Shown here: positions 1 to 9,249 of the stretch, piece after piece
How the letters are laid out: the number at the start of each line of letters is the position of its first letter
How positions within the stretch are numbered: position 1 is the first letter of the stretch
The notes under the pieces: model-generated
Database searches by the model: none
Seen by the model: only the letters and a program-made list of their open reading frames with translations
What the model was told of the DNA's origin: nothing
Assembly: GCF_016125515.1 (NCBI RefSeq)
Contig: NZ_WGLO01000015.1
Span: 4,381 to 36,380 of the forward strand
DNA length: 32,000 nt
From: Hyphomonas sp.
Lineage (GTDB): Bacteria > Pseudomonadota > Alphaproteobacteria > Caulobacterales > Hyphomonadaceae
Direction of reading: 5' to 3'
Program-made: the position numbers and the translations under genes

Positions 1-4
1 ACGA

Positions 5-400
5 ATGATCCTGGTCGACAGTTCGGTCTGGATCGATTTCTTCAACGGCGTTGAAAGTGCCCAAGTGGGCATTCTGGATGCCAGCCTCGGCGAAGTTCCG
101 ATTATTGTTGGCGATCTTATAATGACGGAAGTCTTGCAGGGTTTTCGCTCGACCAGAGATTTTAATGCAGCAAGGACGGCGCTCGATCAGTTTGAGTATC
201 GAGACATGGTGGGCCGGGATATCGCCTTGCAGAGCGCCGGGAACTACCGCTTACTGCGCCGACAAGGCATCACGGTTCGAAAGACCATCGACGTCATTAT
301 CGCGACGTATTGTGTTGAGAACAGTATAGCGCTTTTGCATGCCGACAGGGATTTTGATCCCATGGAAAAGATACTGGGCCTGTCGGTGGTTGCAGGCTGA
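5..400 (+). CDS. vapC: PIN-domain ribonuclease toxin, VapC family
   Basis: 131 aa starting MILVDSSVWIDFF. The PIN acidic residues are recognisable: D5, E42 in TEVLQG, D96 in IDVIIA, and D in HADRDFD. The ATG lies in an ATGA context at 5-8, which fits a 4-nt overlap with an upstream vapB stop that is cut off by the window edge. Confidence 0.85.
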   Translation: MILVDSSVWIDFFNGVESAQVGILDASLGEVPIIVGDLIMTEVLQGFRSTRDFNAARTALDQFEYRDMVGRDIALQSAGNYRLLRRQGITVRKTIDVIIATYCVENSIALLHADRDFDPMEKILGLSVVAG

Positions 401-699
401 TCCGCCCTCGGTTTTCCGCTAACCAGATCGAGCCCTTCGAGGGCCGTGTGCCTCGCCGAGTGCTGCGCCGACTGCACTAGAAACTGAACGATGTCCGAGA
501 AGTAGGCCGCCAGCAGGATGGTCGCGGCATTCAGAAACGTCATTTCCAGCGGGTTTCAGGCAGAAGCGAACGGGTTACGGCCCTGACACTGAACGTGTCG
601 ATAAGCGAGACGATGGCGTCCGGGTGTTCAGGATCGTTTGTGACCTTGTCGGATGACCAGAGACCTTAACCCATGCGGTCTTTCTTTGCGGTCCTCGCC

Positions 700-1716
700 T
701 CAGGCAGGCTGGCGGGCCAATGCGCCGGCATCGATCTCGCGCATTGCATCGGCAATGATCTCGAACGAGCGCCGCCGTTTTTCCGGATCGTACATGTCGG
801 ACACCACCATCAACTCGTCGGCTTGCGTTCGCGCCAGCAATGCGATGATCCCCTTACGGACGGTTTCGGCATTGCCGATGATGCTGAAATTCAGCATGTG
901 CGAGGCTTGCGCACGCTCCTGCGGGGTCCAGTAGGTGTCGATGTCGTCGATCGGCGGCTGGGTCAGCTTGCGTCTCCCGCGTACGAGGTTGGCGAAGGAC
1001 ATCTGCTGCGAGGTTGCAAGATATCTTGCCTCCTCGTCGGTTTCAGCCGCGATGATGTTCACACCGATCAGCGCGTGCGGTTTGGGCTGGCGCGCCGAAG
1101 GCCTGAAGCTACCGCGATAGATCGCGAGCGCCTGATCCAGCATCTGCGGCGCAAAGTGCGAGGCAAAACCGAACGGGAAGCCATAGGCCGCCGCCATCTG
1201 CGCGCCATAGAGGCTCGAGCCCAGAATCCAGAGCGGTACGTTGGAATTCGAACCCGGAACGGCCTCGATCCTCTGTCCAGGTTGCACCGGGCCGAGCCAG
1301 GCTTGCAGCTCGAGCACGTCTTCCTGGAAGTGTTCCGAAGCCGACGGGTCGCGCCGCAGCGCGCGCAGCGTCATCTGGTCTGTGCCCGGAGCGCGGCCGA
1401 GCCCTAGATCGATGCGTCCCGGATAGAGCGCCTCCAGCGTGCCGAACTGTTCGGCAATCACGTACGGCGAATGGTTCGGCAGCATAATGCCGCCCGCGCC
1501 GACGCGGATCGTCTTCGTGCCCGCGGCAATATGCGAGATGACCAGCGAGGTCGCGGCGGTTGTCACGGTCGGCATGTTGTGATGTTCCGCCACCCAGAAG
1601 CGGGTATAGCCCAGCGCCTCGGCATGCTGCGCCAGGCGCCGCGCTTCGTTCAGGGCATCGGCCCGCGTGAAGCCTTCGCGCACCCGGCCGAGTTCAAGGA
1701 TGGAAAGTCGTGCCAT
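700..1716 (-). CDS. LLM-class (luciferase-like) flavin-dependent oxidoreductase
   Basis: 338 aa. The N-terminus MARLSILELGRV...GYTRFWVAEHHNMP is the typical luciferase-like monooxygenase group 1 signature. The + strand ORFs over the same span are antisense shadows. Confidence 0.85.
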   Translation of the reverse strand: MARLSILELGRVREGFTRADALNEARRLAQHAEALGYTRFWVAEHHNMPTVTTAATSLVISHIAAGTKTIRVGAGGIMLPNHSPYVIAEQFGTLEALYPGRIDLGLGRAPGTDQMTLRALRRDPSASEHFQEDVLELQAWLGPVQPGQRIEAVPGSNSNVPLWILGSSLYGAQMAAAYGFPFGFASHFAPQMLDQALAIYRGSFRPSARQPKPHALIGVNIIAAETDEEARYLATSQQMSFANLVRGRRKLTQPPIDDIDTYWTPQERAQASHMLNFSIIGNAETVRKGIIALLARTQADELMVVSDMYDPEKRRRSFEIIADAMREIDAGALARQPA

Positions 1717-1778
1717 GGACGCGCCCTCGTTTCATGCTCTTGCCTAGATGGGGGCTTCGCCCGGTTCGCCAATAGGCG

Positions 1779-2825
1779 TCAGAATCCGGCCGGCGGCGGC
1801 AGTCCTGAAGACGACAGGCAGATCGCCTTGAACCGCGCGCCCATGTCGCTCGGGTCGATCAGCTTGCGCGCCGCCTTGAAAACGTCCTCAGCCGCCTCGG
1901 GATCGGCGTTGACCAGTTGGTTCAGGCGCGCCTGGGCGCCGAGGCCCAACAGGAACATCCCCTGCGGCGTCGGTCCCGCCACGTCCAGCCCGGCCGCTGC
2001 CGCAAGCCGCGCCAGCCGGCCAAAATCCACATCGACGGTCAGGTCAGACGCCCCGGGCATGTCGAGCGGCGAGACCTGCCGGCCCTCGCGGTAAGCGCGC
2101 AATGTGTCGCCCGGCGCCTTGTCGTCCGGCCCGTAATCGATGAACAGCGCGCGCACCGGCGCAGGGCGCGAGACGAGATCGGCCACCACCAGGTCGAGTC
2201 CGACCTGCACCTCCACCACGTCGCCCGCGAGCGCAGTGCCGTGCGGCGGGCGCGGCTCATCTGCGGCGAGGCCGAAGGCAAGGCGCCTCTCGGTATCAAG
2301 GCCCACGACGCATTCGCGCCAGGTGCCATCGTCCTGCCGGAACTGGCGCGCGGGCAGGCAGTCCAGGTATTCGTTTGCCACGATGAGGGCGGGCCCTTCC
2401 GGCACCTGTGCCAACGTCTGGGCGAAGACCGGGCTTGAGGCCTCAAACAACCGTTTCAAGCCGGCTGCGAGCACCGGGCTCGGCTCGACGAAGACCAGCT
2501 GCATGGCGTCGGCGAAAGCATTGCCGCCGGCCGCGCCCGCAGCACGCAGGGCATCCAGCATCAGCTGTCCGCGCCCCGGTCCGATCTCGACCAGATGGAA
2601 ACGGTCCGGCGCGCCCATCGCGCGCCATTCATGCACCAGCCACAGGCCGATCAGCTCGCCGAAGATCTGGCTGGTTTCCGGCGCGGTGATGAAGTCGCGC
2701 CCGATGCCGGGCCGGGCCGCATAATAGCCCGCCTTGGGGTCATGCAGGGCAACCTGCATGAAGGTGGATAGGGGAATGGGGCCGCCCGTCTCGATCAGGC
2801 GTACCAGTCGCTCTTCAATACTCAT
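1779..2825 (-). CDS. Class I SAM-dependent methyltransferase, MidA/NDUFAF7 (DUF185) family
   Basis: The ORF is 1779..2888. I trimmed it to the internal ATG at 2825 (MSIEERLVRLIETGGPIPLSTFMQVALHDPKAGYYA), the conserved family N-terminus. Motifs GDFITAPE-like (RDFITAPETSQIFGELIG) and LVEIGPGRG are present. Confidence 0.8.
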   Translation of the reverse strand: MSIEERLVRLIETGGPIPLSTFMQVALHDPKAGYYAARPGIGRDFITAPETSQIFGELIGLWLVHEWRAMGAPDRFHLVEIGPGRGQLMLDALRAAGAAGGNAFADAMQLVFVEPSPVLAAGLKRLFEASSPVFAQTLAQVPEGPALIVANEYLDCLPARQFRQDDGTWRECVVGLDTERRLAFGLAADEPRPPHGTALAGDVVEVQVGLDLVVADLVSRPAPVRALFIDYGPDDKAPGDTLRAYREGRQVSPLDMPGASDLTVDVDFGRLARLAAAAGLDVAGPTPQGMFLLGLGAQARLNQLVNADPEAAEDVFKAARKLIDPSDMGARFKAICLSSSGLPPPAGF

Positions 2826-2850
2826 CGTGCAATTCAGGCCCTGAAACGCG

Positions 2851-3213
2851 CTATCGCGCCTTTGCCGGAACCAGATAGGCCGCGCCAAATATGCCGGCCA
2901 GTATAATCAGGACCCAGGAGGCCAAAGACCCGAAATCATACACAGGTTGATTGCGGTAGAACCAATGCAGGCCGACATGGACAACGGCGAAAACGCAGAG
3001 CCCGTAACGGCGCGCGGCCCGGTTTCCCGTTTCCGCCAGCAAGATCAGGCCCAAAACGATCGGGACATGCGCCCAAAGGAAGATCTGCTGATCCAGTGAT
3101 GAATACCCGCTGAGCGTGTTCGTGAAGGCGTTCCGGCCCTGGCGCAGGGTCGATTCCAGCTCGTGCGTGATCAGGCACGCCGCGGTCAGCCGGTAAAGGC
3201 GATCTGGTTTCAT
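2851..3213 (-). CDS. Small integral membrane protein, unknown function
   Basis: 120 aa with about 4 hydrophobic helices. A strong SD (GGGGAGGA) lies 6 nt upstream of the ATG at 3213. No family recognised. Confidence 0.6.
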   Translation of the reverse strand: MKPDRLYRLTAACLITHELESTLRQGRNAFTNTLSGYSSLDQQIFLWAHVPIVLGLILLAETGNRAARRYGLCVFAVVHVGLHWFYRNQPVYDFGSLASWVLIILAGIFGAAYLVPAKAR

Positions 3214-3277
3214 GCGCTGTCCTCCCCAGGATGGCGCGCTTGCGGAGCGTCCGTAAAACTACGTATTAATCTTTCGT

Positions 3278-4231
3278 TTATACGCTCTTTTCCTTGCCTT
3301 TCAAGGCGTTCCAAATCAGCCAGGCGCCGCCGATCCACATTGGGGTCGAGAGCAACATGCCCATGGTCAGCCATTCCGGCAGTCCGCTGACAAAAGAATC
3401 CGGTTCGCGGAAGTTTTCGGCAACAGATCGCCCCACGCCGTACAGGATCAGGAAAATTCCTGCCACGAGGCCCGGCCGCTTCAGCGCGCCGAATTTCCAG
3501 ATCAACAAGGACAAGACGAGCAGGGGGAGCCATCCCTCCAGCACTGACTCGTAAAGCTGGCTCGGATGGCGGGCCATTTCGGCGCCCGTATAGGCCCATT
3601 CGCCGGTTTCCCAATTATAGGCCGGCGGTGTCGAGCCCGGCACATAGCCTTCCGGGAAGATCAAGCCGACCGGTGCATCGGTGTGGCGACCATAGAGTTC
3701 GGCGTTCACAAAGTTCGCGATGCGCACGAGGCCGATGCCGATCGGGGCCGTCACGCCCGCGATGTCCCCGACCGAGAGCAGCTTCACGCCGCGCTTGGCC
3801 GCGAAGAACCACAACACGGTCGCGACGCCGAGGATGCCGCCATGGAAGGCCATGCCGCCGTCCCAGATACGGATCACCGTCAGCGGATCGGCGGTCAGCA
3901 CGTCCATCTGGTAGGGCACCATATAGAACAGGACGTAGCCGAGGCGTCCGCCCAGGATGATGCCGATGATGATCCAGAACATCAGGTCATCCATCGCGTC
4001 CTTGCTGAGCGGCGGCTCGCCGCCCCAAAGGTTCGGGCGCTTCAAGAGCTGCATCGCGTACCACCAGGCCCCGCCGATGCCGGCGATATAGCCGAGCGCA
4101 TACCAGCGCAGATGGAAGGTCGGCAGGCCGATGAACCCGAAATCGATCGAGATCAGGGCCGGGCTCCAGCCCGGAAAGTGCAGCGCAGCCTGGGTAAGGT
4201 AAACGCTGAGCGCGGCGAGGAGTTCTGTCAT
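3278..4231 (-). CDS. lgt: Prolipoprotein diacylglyceryl transferase
   Basis: 317 aa polytopic membrane protein. The text is Lgt-like (HLRWYALGYIAGI..., GGRLGYVLFY, IWDGGMAFHGG, RHPSQLYE). Confidence 0.9.
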   Translation of the reverse strand: MTELLAALSVYLTQAALHFPGWSPALISIDFGFIGLPTFHLRWYALGYIAGIGGAWWYAMQLLKRPNLWGGEPPLSKDAMDDLMFWIIIGIILGGRLGYVLFYMVPYQMDVLTADPLTVIRIWDGGMAFHGGILGVATVLWFFAAKRGVKLLSVGDIAGVTAPIGIGLVRIANFVNAELYGRHTDAPVGLIFPEGYVPGSTPPAYNWETGEWAYTGAEMARHPSQLYESVLEGWLPLLVLSLLIWKFGALKRPGLVAGIFLILYGVGRSVAENFREPDSFVSGLPEWLTMGMLLSTPMWIGGAWLIWNALKGKEKSV

Positions 4232-4306
4232 GCGGCGTCTTTTCCCTGTCTGGCGGGCGTCCTATCTGTTAGTCCACCGGCATACCCGGCGCGAAGGAGT
4301 AGCCGC

Positions 4307-4567
4307 ATGGCAGGTACAAATCCACTGCTCGATGACATTGCAAGCCTGATGACCGGCGCCCTCGGTGCCGCGCGCTCGGCAGGCGAGGAAGCCAAGACCG
4401 CCGCGCAGGCCCGCATCCGGGCGCTGATCGCGGACATGGATCTGGCCGGCCGGGACGAAGTGGAGGCCCTCAAGGCAATCGCCACCGCCGCGCTCGACCG
4501 GGTCGACACCCTCGAAGCGCGCATCGCGGCGCTTGAAGCGGCGCAGGCGAAATCCACTGCTTCATAA
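4307..4567 (+). CDS. UbiK/BMFP-family accessory factor (small coiled-coil protein)
   Basis: 86 aa (MAGTNPLLDDIASLMTGALGAA...MDLAGRDEVEALKAI...LEARIAALEAAQ), matching the Brucella BMFP/UbiK pattern. GGAG lies upstream of the ATG at 4307. The 5' two-thirds of the 333-aa track ORF (3566..4567) is antisense to lgt and was discarded. Confidence 0.7.
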   Translation: MAGTNPLLDDIASLMTGALGAARSAGEEAKTAAQARIRALIADMDLAGRDEVEALKAIATAALDRVDTLEARIAALEAAQAKSTAS

Positions 4568-4680
4568 TTCCGCGACTGCACTCGCCCATGGACATTGCCC
4601 GGGCAGCCCGATTTGTTCGGGATTGGATTTGTCATGCGAATCCGGCACCAATTCAGGAAACCCGCAGGGGAGGCGACCGA

Positions 4681-5184
4681 ATGAGCCTTGAGATCGAGAC
4701 TGGCCACGATTTCGAAATCGATCCGCTCGACATTGTCGAAGGGGTGCTGGAAGCCGCCAACTGGCCCTTCGAGCGCGACGAGGAGGGCACCCTTCAGGTT
4801 GTCGCCGAGACGCGCTGGGGCGATATGGGCGCCCTGTTCGCCTACCGGCCGGAGCCTTCTGCGATCCACTTCTCCCTCACCCTCGACGTCAAGGCGATGG
4901 CCGCCAAGCGCAGCGCGATCGCCGAACTCGTGATGCTCGCCAATGAGCGTCTCTGGGTCGGGCATTTCGACTTCTGGTCCGACGACGGTGTCATCATCTA
5001 CCGCTACACCTTCCCGATGGAGGGCCGCGACGAGGTCAGCCCCGGCGAGGTCCGCGCGGTCATCGCCGCGGCGGTCAGCGCGGCCGACCGGTTCATGCCG
5101 GCGTTCAACTTCCTCGTCTGGGCCGGCAAGTCGCCGCGTGAAGCCATCGACGCGGTGATGTTCGAAACTCACGGCGAGGCCTGA
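4681..5184 (+). CDS. YbjN-domain protein (putative chaperone-like)
   Basis: I used the internal ATG at 4681 (MSLEIETGHDFEIDPLDIVEGVLEAANWPFERDEEG), preceded by GGGGAGG. The order lgt, ubiK-like, ybjN-like, proC is a common alphaproteobacterial arrangement. Confidence 0.7.
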   Translation: MSLEIETGHDFEIDPLDIVEGVLEAANWPFERDEEGTLQVVAETRWGDMGALFAYRPEPSAIHFSLTLDVKAMAAKRSAIAELVMLANERLWVGHFDFWSDDGVIIYRYTFPMEGRDEVSPGEVRAVIAAAVSAADRFMPAFNFLVWAGKSPREAIDAVMFETHGEA

Positions 5185-5192
5185 GACCTCCC

Positions 5193-6002
5193 ATGGCCGC
5201 AGCGCCGTCGCTTGTACTCGTCGGGGCCGGCCGCATGGGCGCCGCGCTCGCGCGCGGGTGGTTGAACGCCAAATCGAAGCGCCAGATCACCATCGTCGAG
5301 CCGACCCCTTCGGATGAAGTGGCCAGCTGGGCCGCCGCGGGCAAAGTCACGCTGAACCCCGCGGCAGCGCCGGCCGGCATCCTGGTCGTCGCCGTGAAGC
5401 CGCAGCAATTTGCCCAGGTGGCTGAAGCGATCCGCGGCTTTGCGGGTCCGAAAACCCTCGTCGTCTCGATCATGGCCGGCGTTCGCATCGCGCAGCTCTC
5501 GCGCCGTCTGGACACGGCCCGCATCGCCCGGGCCATGCCCAACACGCCGGGCGCCATCGGGCAGGGCGTCACCGTCTTCTGCGCTGCCCCGGGCCTCAGC
5601 GCGGCCGACAATGAAACGGTCCGCAGCCTGCTCGCGCCGCTCGGCGAAGTGCATGGGCCGGTTGACGAGGGGCTGATGTCCGCCGTCACGGCCCTGTCGG
5701 GCAGCGGCCCGGCCTACCTGTTCCTGCTGGCCGAATCGATGGCCGAAGCTGGCGAGTCCGAAGGCCTGCCGCGCGCCCTGGCCCAGCGCCTCGCCCGCCG
5801 CACGGTCGAAGGCGCCGCCGCCCTGCTTGCCGCCAGCGAAGACGGCCCCGAAGCTCTGCGCCGCGCCGTAACTTCCCCCGGCGGCACCACTCAGGCGGCT
5901 CTTGACATCCTGATGGACACGGGTGGCATGCCTCGATTGTTGAGAGACGCTCTGCGCGCTGCCGCGACCCGCGACCGGCAGCTGTCAAAAGAGGCGGATT
6001 AA
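5193..6002 (+). CDS. proC: Pyrroline-5-carboxylate reductase
   Basis: 269 aa. There is an N-terminal Rossmann motif (LVLVGAGRMGAALARGW) and the C-terminal P5CR signature VTSPGGTTQAAL. Confidence 0.9.
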   Translation: MAAAPSLVLVGAGRMGAALARGWLNAKSKRQITIVEPTPSDEVASWAAAGKVTLNPAAAPAGILVVAVKPQQFAQVAEAIRGFAGPKTLVVSIMAGVRIAQLSRRLDTARIARAMPNTPGAIGQGVTVFCAAPGLSAADNETVRSLLAPLGEVHGPVDEGLMSAVTALSGSGPAYLFLLAESMAEAGESEGLPRALAQRLARRTVEGAAALLAASEDGPEALRRAVTSPGGTTQAALDILMDTGGMPRLLRDALRAAATRDRQLSKEAD

Positions 6003-6020
6003 CCCCGGGAGGCATGGCCC

Positions 6021-6638
6021 TTGGCCAGCGCTGAGAAGATCATCGAGAAGGGGCTCAAAGCAGCCCTCGAGCTGGCTGCGTCGCGGCCCTGGGCAGATAT
6101 TCCGTTGGCGGACATTGCCGCCCGGGCGAAGCTCTCGCTTTCGGACTTTCACGGTGTGGCCGGGCGCGAAGACCTCGTCGAAGCGCTGGATGGCTATTTC
6201 GACAGGGCGATGTCGGCAGACGGCGTGCCAGAAGAAACCTCGCCGCGCGAACGCCTGTTCGATGTCATCATGCTGCGCTTCGAGGCGATGGAGCCCTGCC
6301 GCGCAGGTCTCCTCGAGCTCCTGAAGTTCCGCGAAACCTCGCTCACCCATGTCGTGCGCCTGCCGGGCCATCGCCATGCCAGCGCCGCCTGGGCGCTTGC
6401 CTCAGCCGGTCTCGATAATGATGGCGGCGCGCCGGCCAGCCTGAAACGCATCGCCATTGCCGTTGTCATAGCCCAGGCCGAGCGGGCCTGGCGCAAGGAG
6501 GCCGGCGGCGACTTTGCCCTCACCATGGCCGCGCTCGACAAGGGGCTGCGCCGGGCCGAGGAACGCCTCGGCCAGCTGCGACGGTTTACTGGCCGCGCGC
6601 CCACTTCCAAACCCGAAACCGAAGAAACCGCCACATGA
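6021..6638 (+). CDS. TetR-like helical regulator (family assignment uncertain)
   Basis: 205 aa. The start is TTG at 6021, 8 nt after GGGAGG. The N-terminus (GLKAALELAASRPWADIPLADIAARAKLSLSDFHG) resembles a TetR/AcrR or COQ9-type HTH. The stop overlaps the next ATG (ATGA at 6635-6638). Confidence 0.5.
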   Translation: MASAEKIIEKGLKAALELAASRPWADIPLADIAARAKLSLSDFHGVAGREDLVEALDGYFDRAMSADGVPEETSPRERLFDVIMLRFEAMEPCRAGLLELLKFRETSLTHVVRLPGHRHASAAWALASAGLDNDGGAPASLKRIAIAVVIAQAERAWRKEAGGDFALTMAALDKGLRRAEERLGQLRRFTGRAPTSKPETEETAT

Positions 6639-7726
6639 CCCGTCCCGGACTCGACACAAACCCGCTTGAACTGACGCCTGACTGGTTCAACACGCTGTTC
6701 GGCGAGATCGGCATCGACGCCGACGTGCGCAGCCTGACGGCGAAGTCCATTGGCACGGGCCAGATCGGCGAGAATGTCCGCTTCGTGTTCGACTATGCCC
6801 GCGCCGGCGCGAACGCGCCAAAAACGCTGGTCGGCAAGTTTCCCTCAGCCAATGAAATCAGCGTCGCGACGGCAAAACTGCTTGGCCATTACAAGCGCGA
6901 AGTGATGTTTTACCGGACTTTTCCGAAGGTGGCCGGCCGCATCACGCCCAACGCGCTGTACACGGATTATGACGAGAATACCAATCGCTTCGCCCTGATC
7001 ATGGAAGACATGGCGCCGTCGGAGCAGGGCGACCAGTTGAAAGGCTGCGGCGTCGAGGAGGCGAGGCTCGCGATGGAGGCGGCCGCCGTGCTCCACGCCG
7101 CGCATTGGGAAGATCCGGTTCTGGACGAACATGACTGGCTGCAGGGCTCTGCCAAGGCGCCGCCGCCGGGCCTCGGGCCGGAGCAGATTGCAGGCCTCTG
7201 GGCCGCCTTCAAGGATCGCTACGCTGCGCATATCAACGCTGAACAGATCGAAGTCGGCGACGCCTATGCTGCTAGCTTGCCAAAATGGGGCGATGCCTAT
7301 CAGGGCCCGCACGCGCTGACCCATTCCGATTACCGGCTCGACAACATGCTGTTCGGCAAACCCGGCGCGAAGAAGCCGCTGGCCGTTGTCGATTGGCAGA
7401 CCGCAGGCAAGGGCGCGCCGGCCAATGACGTGGCCTATTTCATCGGCGCCGGTCTGACGCGCGAGGATCGCCCGAAGCATGAGCAGGCGCTGCTGCGCCA
7501 TTATCATGACTGTCTGAAAGCCGAAGGTATCACCAGCTACAGCTTCGAAGATCTCTACACGCACTATCGCTGGTTTTCGTTCTACGGCATCTCGGTGGCT
7601 TTCGCCGCCGCCATGATCGTCAAACAGACCGAGCGCGGTGACGAGATGTTCCTCACGATGCTGCGCCGCCACTCGGCACAGGTGCGCGAGAACAATGGGC
7701 TGGAGCTTCTCAAGGGTCTTGGCTGA
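6635..7726 (+). CDS. Kinase-fold phosphotransferase (APH/EcKL-like)
   Basis: 363 aa. It has the Brenner motif HSDYRLDNMLF, followed by VVDWQ. It is translationally coupled to the upstream regulator-like gene. Confidence 0.75.
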   Translation: MTRPGLDTNPLELTPDWFNTLFGEIGIDADVRSLTAKSIGTGQIGENVRFVFDYARAGANAPKTLVGKFPSANEISVATAKLLGHYKREVMFYRTFPKVAGRITPNALYTDYDENTNRFALIMEDMAPSEQGDQLKGCGVEEARLAMEAAAVLHAAHWEDPVLDEHDWLQGSAKAPPPGLGPEQIAGLWAAFKDRYAAHINAEQIEVGDAYAASLPKWGDAYQGPHALTHSDYRLDNMLFGKPGAKKPLAVVDWQTAGKGAPANDVAYFIGAGLTREDRPKHEQALLRHYHDCLKAEGITSYSFEDLYTHYRWFSFYGISVAFAAAMIVKQTERGDEMFLTMLRRHSAQVRENNGLELLKGLG

Positions 7727-8023
7727 TCGCAGCCTGCCTGAAATTTATCCGTAGCCGGATAGAGTTGGGTTTCGGGCGCCCGCGGCCGTGGTGATTCGGC
7801 GCTTCGCCAAAATGGCCAAAGCGCCAGATTTCGCCTATTTCAAGGCATTTTATACCCGTTTCATTGATGTTTCGCTGATATGCGACGCCTCTTGCGCAAT
7901 TCCAAAAGCGAAGTTATGCGATCCGGCTCTTGGTCGATTATCCGCAAGAAAGAGTTTGTAGCAGCCAGAAACCCCCGTTTTTAGCTGTGTTCCGCGTTCA
8001 CTGTCTTACAGAAGGAAAATGAC

Positions 8024-8449
8024 ATGGCCGTTAAACCGAAAGCCGCTGCCAAGGCCCCGGCAAAAAAAGCACTGGTGAAAAAGGTGCCGGTGAAGAAAGC
8101 GCCGGCTGCCAAAGCGCCTGCGAAGAAGGTCGCCGCGAAAGCCGCCGCCCCCGCGAAGAAAGCAGCACCTGAAGTGCTGACCGTGAAACACCTCGCCGCC
8201 GAAGTTTCGGAAGCGCAGGAAATCTCGAAGAAACAAGCCGAGATGGTTGTCACCGACTTCATCGACCGCATGGGCGGCTACCTGAAAAAGGGCAAGAAGC
8301 TGCGCATCTCCGGCCTCGGCATCTTGCAGGTCCGCGCCCGCCCGGCACGCAAGGGCCGCAACCCGGCCACCGGCGAAGCCATCAAGATCAAGGCGTCCAA
8401 GAAGGTCGCGTTCCGTCCTTCGAAAGACCTGAAAGACCGCGTTCTCTAA
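8024..8449 (+). CDS. HU-family DNA-binding protein with Ala/Lys/Pro-rich N-terminal extension
   Basis: 141 aa. Residues 1-50 are AKKA/PAKK repeats. Residues 51-141 form an HU/IHF fold (ISGLGILQVRARPARKGRNPATGEAIKIKASKKVAFRPSKDLK). It has an AT-rich upstream region and a downstream terminator. Confidence 0.85.
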   Translation: MAVKPKAAAKAPAKKALVKKVPVKKAPAAKAPAKKVAAKAAAPAKKAAPEVLTVKHLAAEVSEAQEISKKQAEMVVTDFIDRMGGYLKKGKKLRISGLGILQVRARPARKGRNPATGEAIKIKASKKVAFRPSKDLKDRVL

Positions 8450-8474
8450 GCCTCGGCTGACAGAGTTTGCCCAG

Positions 8475-8510
8475 CGCCCGGCCAGCGAAAGCTCGGCCGG
8501 GCGTTTTGTT
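8475..8510 (+). terminator. Rho-independent terminator of the HU gene
   Basis: CGCCCGGCC (8475-8483) pairs perfectly with GGCCGGGCG (8495-8503). TTTTGTTT follows. Confidence 0.8.
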
Positions 8511-8573
8511 TCGGACGCTTTCGCGTTGACCGGTTTGGCCTTCCGCCGAAAGATGCCGTCCGGGAGAACGTCC

Positions 8574-9249
8574 ATGACAGATGAGATCGAACGCGCAGCG
8601 CAGGACCTGTTGGCTGAGATCGCTTTGACGCCGCCCAATGCTGCGCCCGGCCAGAACATGCTGTCGCCCAGCGCGCGCCGCGATGTGGGCGCCACGCCGC
8701 TCTGGCGCGCGCATGACGGGCCGGCGACCCTGTTCGTTCATGGCTGGAACGATACGCGCCGGATCTGGCGCCAGTTCGCGCAGGACTTCATCGCCAATTC
8801 GCGCCCCGTTCTCCTGATGGACCTTCCTGCGCATGGGGCTTCCAAGGCGAGCGCTTTCGGCCGGGACGAAGCAGGCCGGTCCTTGCGCGAGGTGTGTGAG
8901 GCCGAGGCGCCGATCGATGCTATCATCGCTCATCGTTCGGCTGCATCGCTACCGCGGCCGCGATGCAGTCCGGTGCCCGGGCCGATAACGTCATCCTGAT
9001 TGTGCCGCCGGTGCTCGGCTGCGAGGCGTGCCAGCGCCGGAGGGCACCGATCCGGCCGTAATCGACCGTGTGCTGAAAATCCCGGCCGACGACGGCCGGG
9101 CTCTGCCGGAAGCCTTCAACTTCGAATCTGCCCTCGCCGATTTCGACGGCAACCTGCTTTTCATCGGGTGTGATGAAGATGACATCTGCCCTCGAAAAGG
9201 CAGAAGGCGATTGAAAGCGCTGCGACATCACCCGATTGAAACAGATTGA
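8574..9249 (+). pseudogene. Alpha/beta-fold hydrolase, disrupted by two frameshifts
   Basis: Frame 0 reads ...ATLFVHGWNDTRRIWRQF...LLMDLPAHGAS...IDAIIAH. The nucleophile elbow AH-S-FGC IATAAAMQSGARADNVILIVPP is readable only after shifting frame at about 8934-8937. That frame stops at 9059-9061. A third frame (9028..9249) carries the C-terminal LLFIGCDEDDICP segment. Confidence 0.7.

Noticed and set aside
244-543. 99-aa - strand ORF in the vapC / LLM convergent gap
   Set aside because: More than half of it is antisense to vapC. It has no SD and no recognisable motif. The remaining 401-699 gap is best left as intergenic.
3566-4306. 5' portion of the 333-aa + ORF, and the 314-aa - ORF (4228..5172) overlapping the ubiK-like and ybjN-like genes
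   Set aside because: Both are antisense to well-supported genes (lgt; the ubiK-like and ybjN-like genes). Their composition is Arg/Asp/His-rich or Ala/Arg-rich shadow-frame text. Only the last 86 codons of the + ORF (from the ATG at 4307, with an SD) look real.
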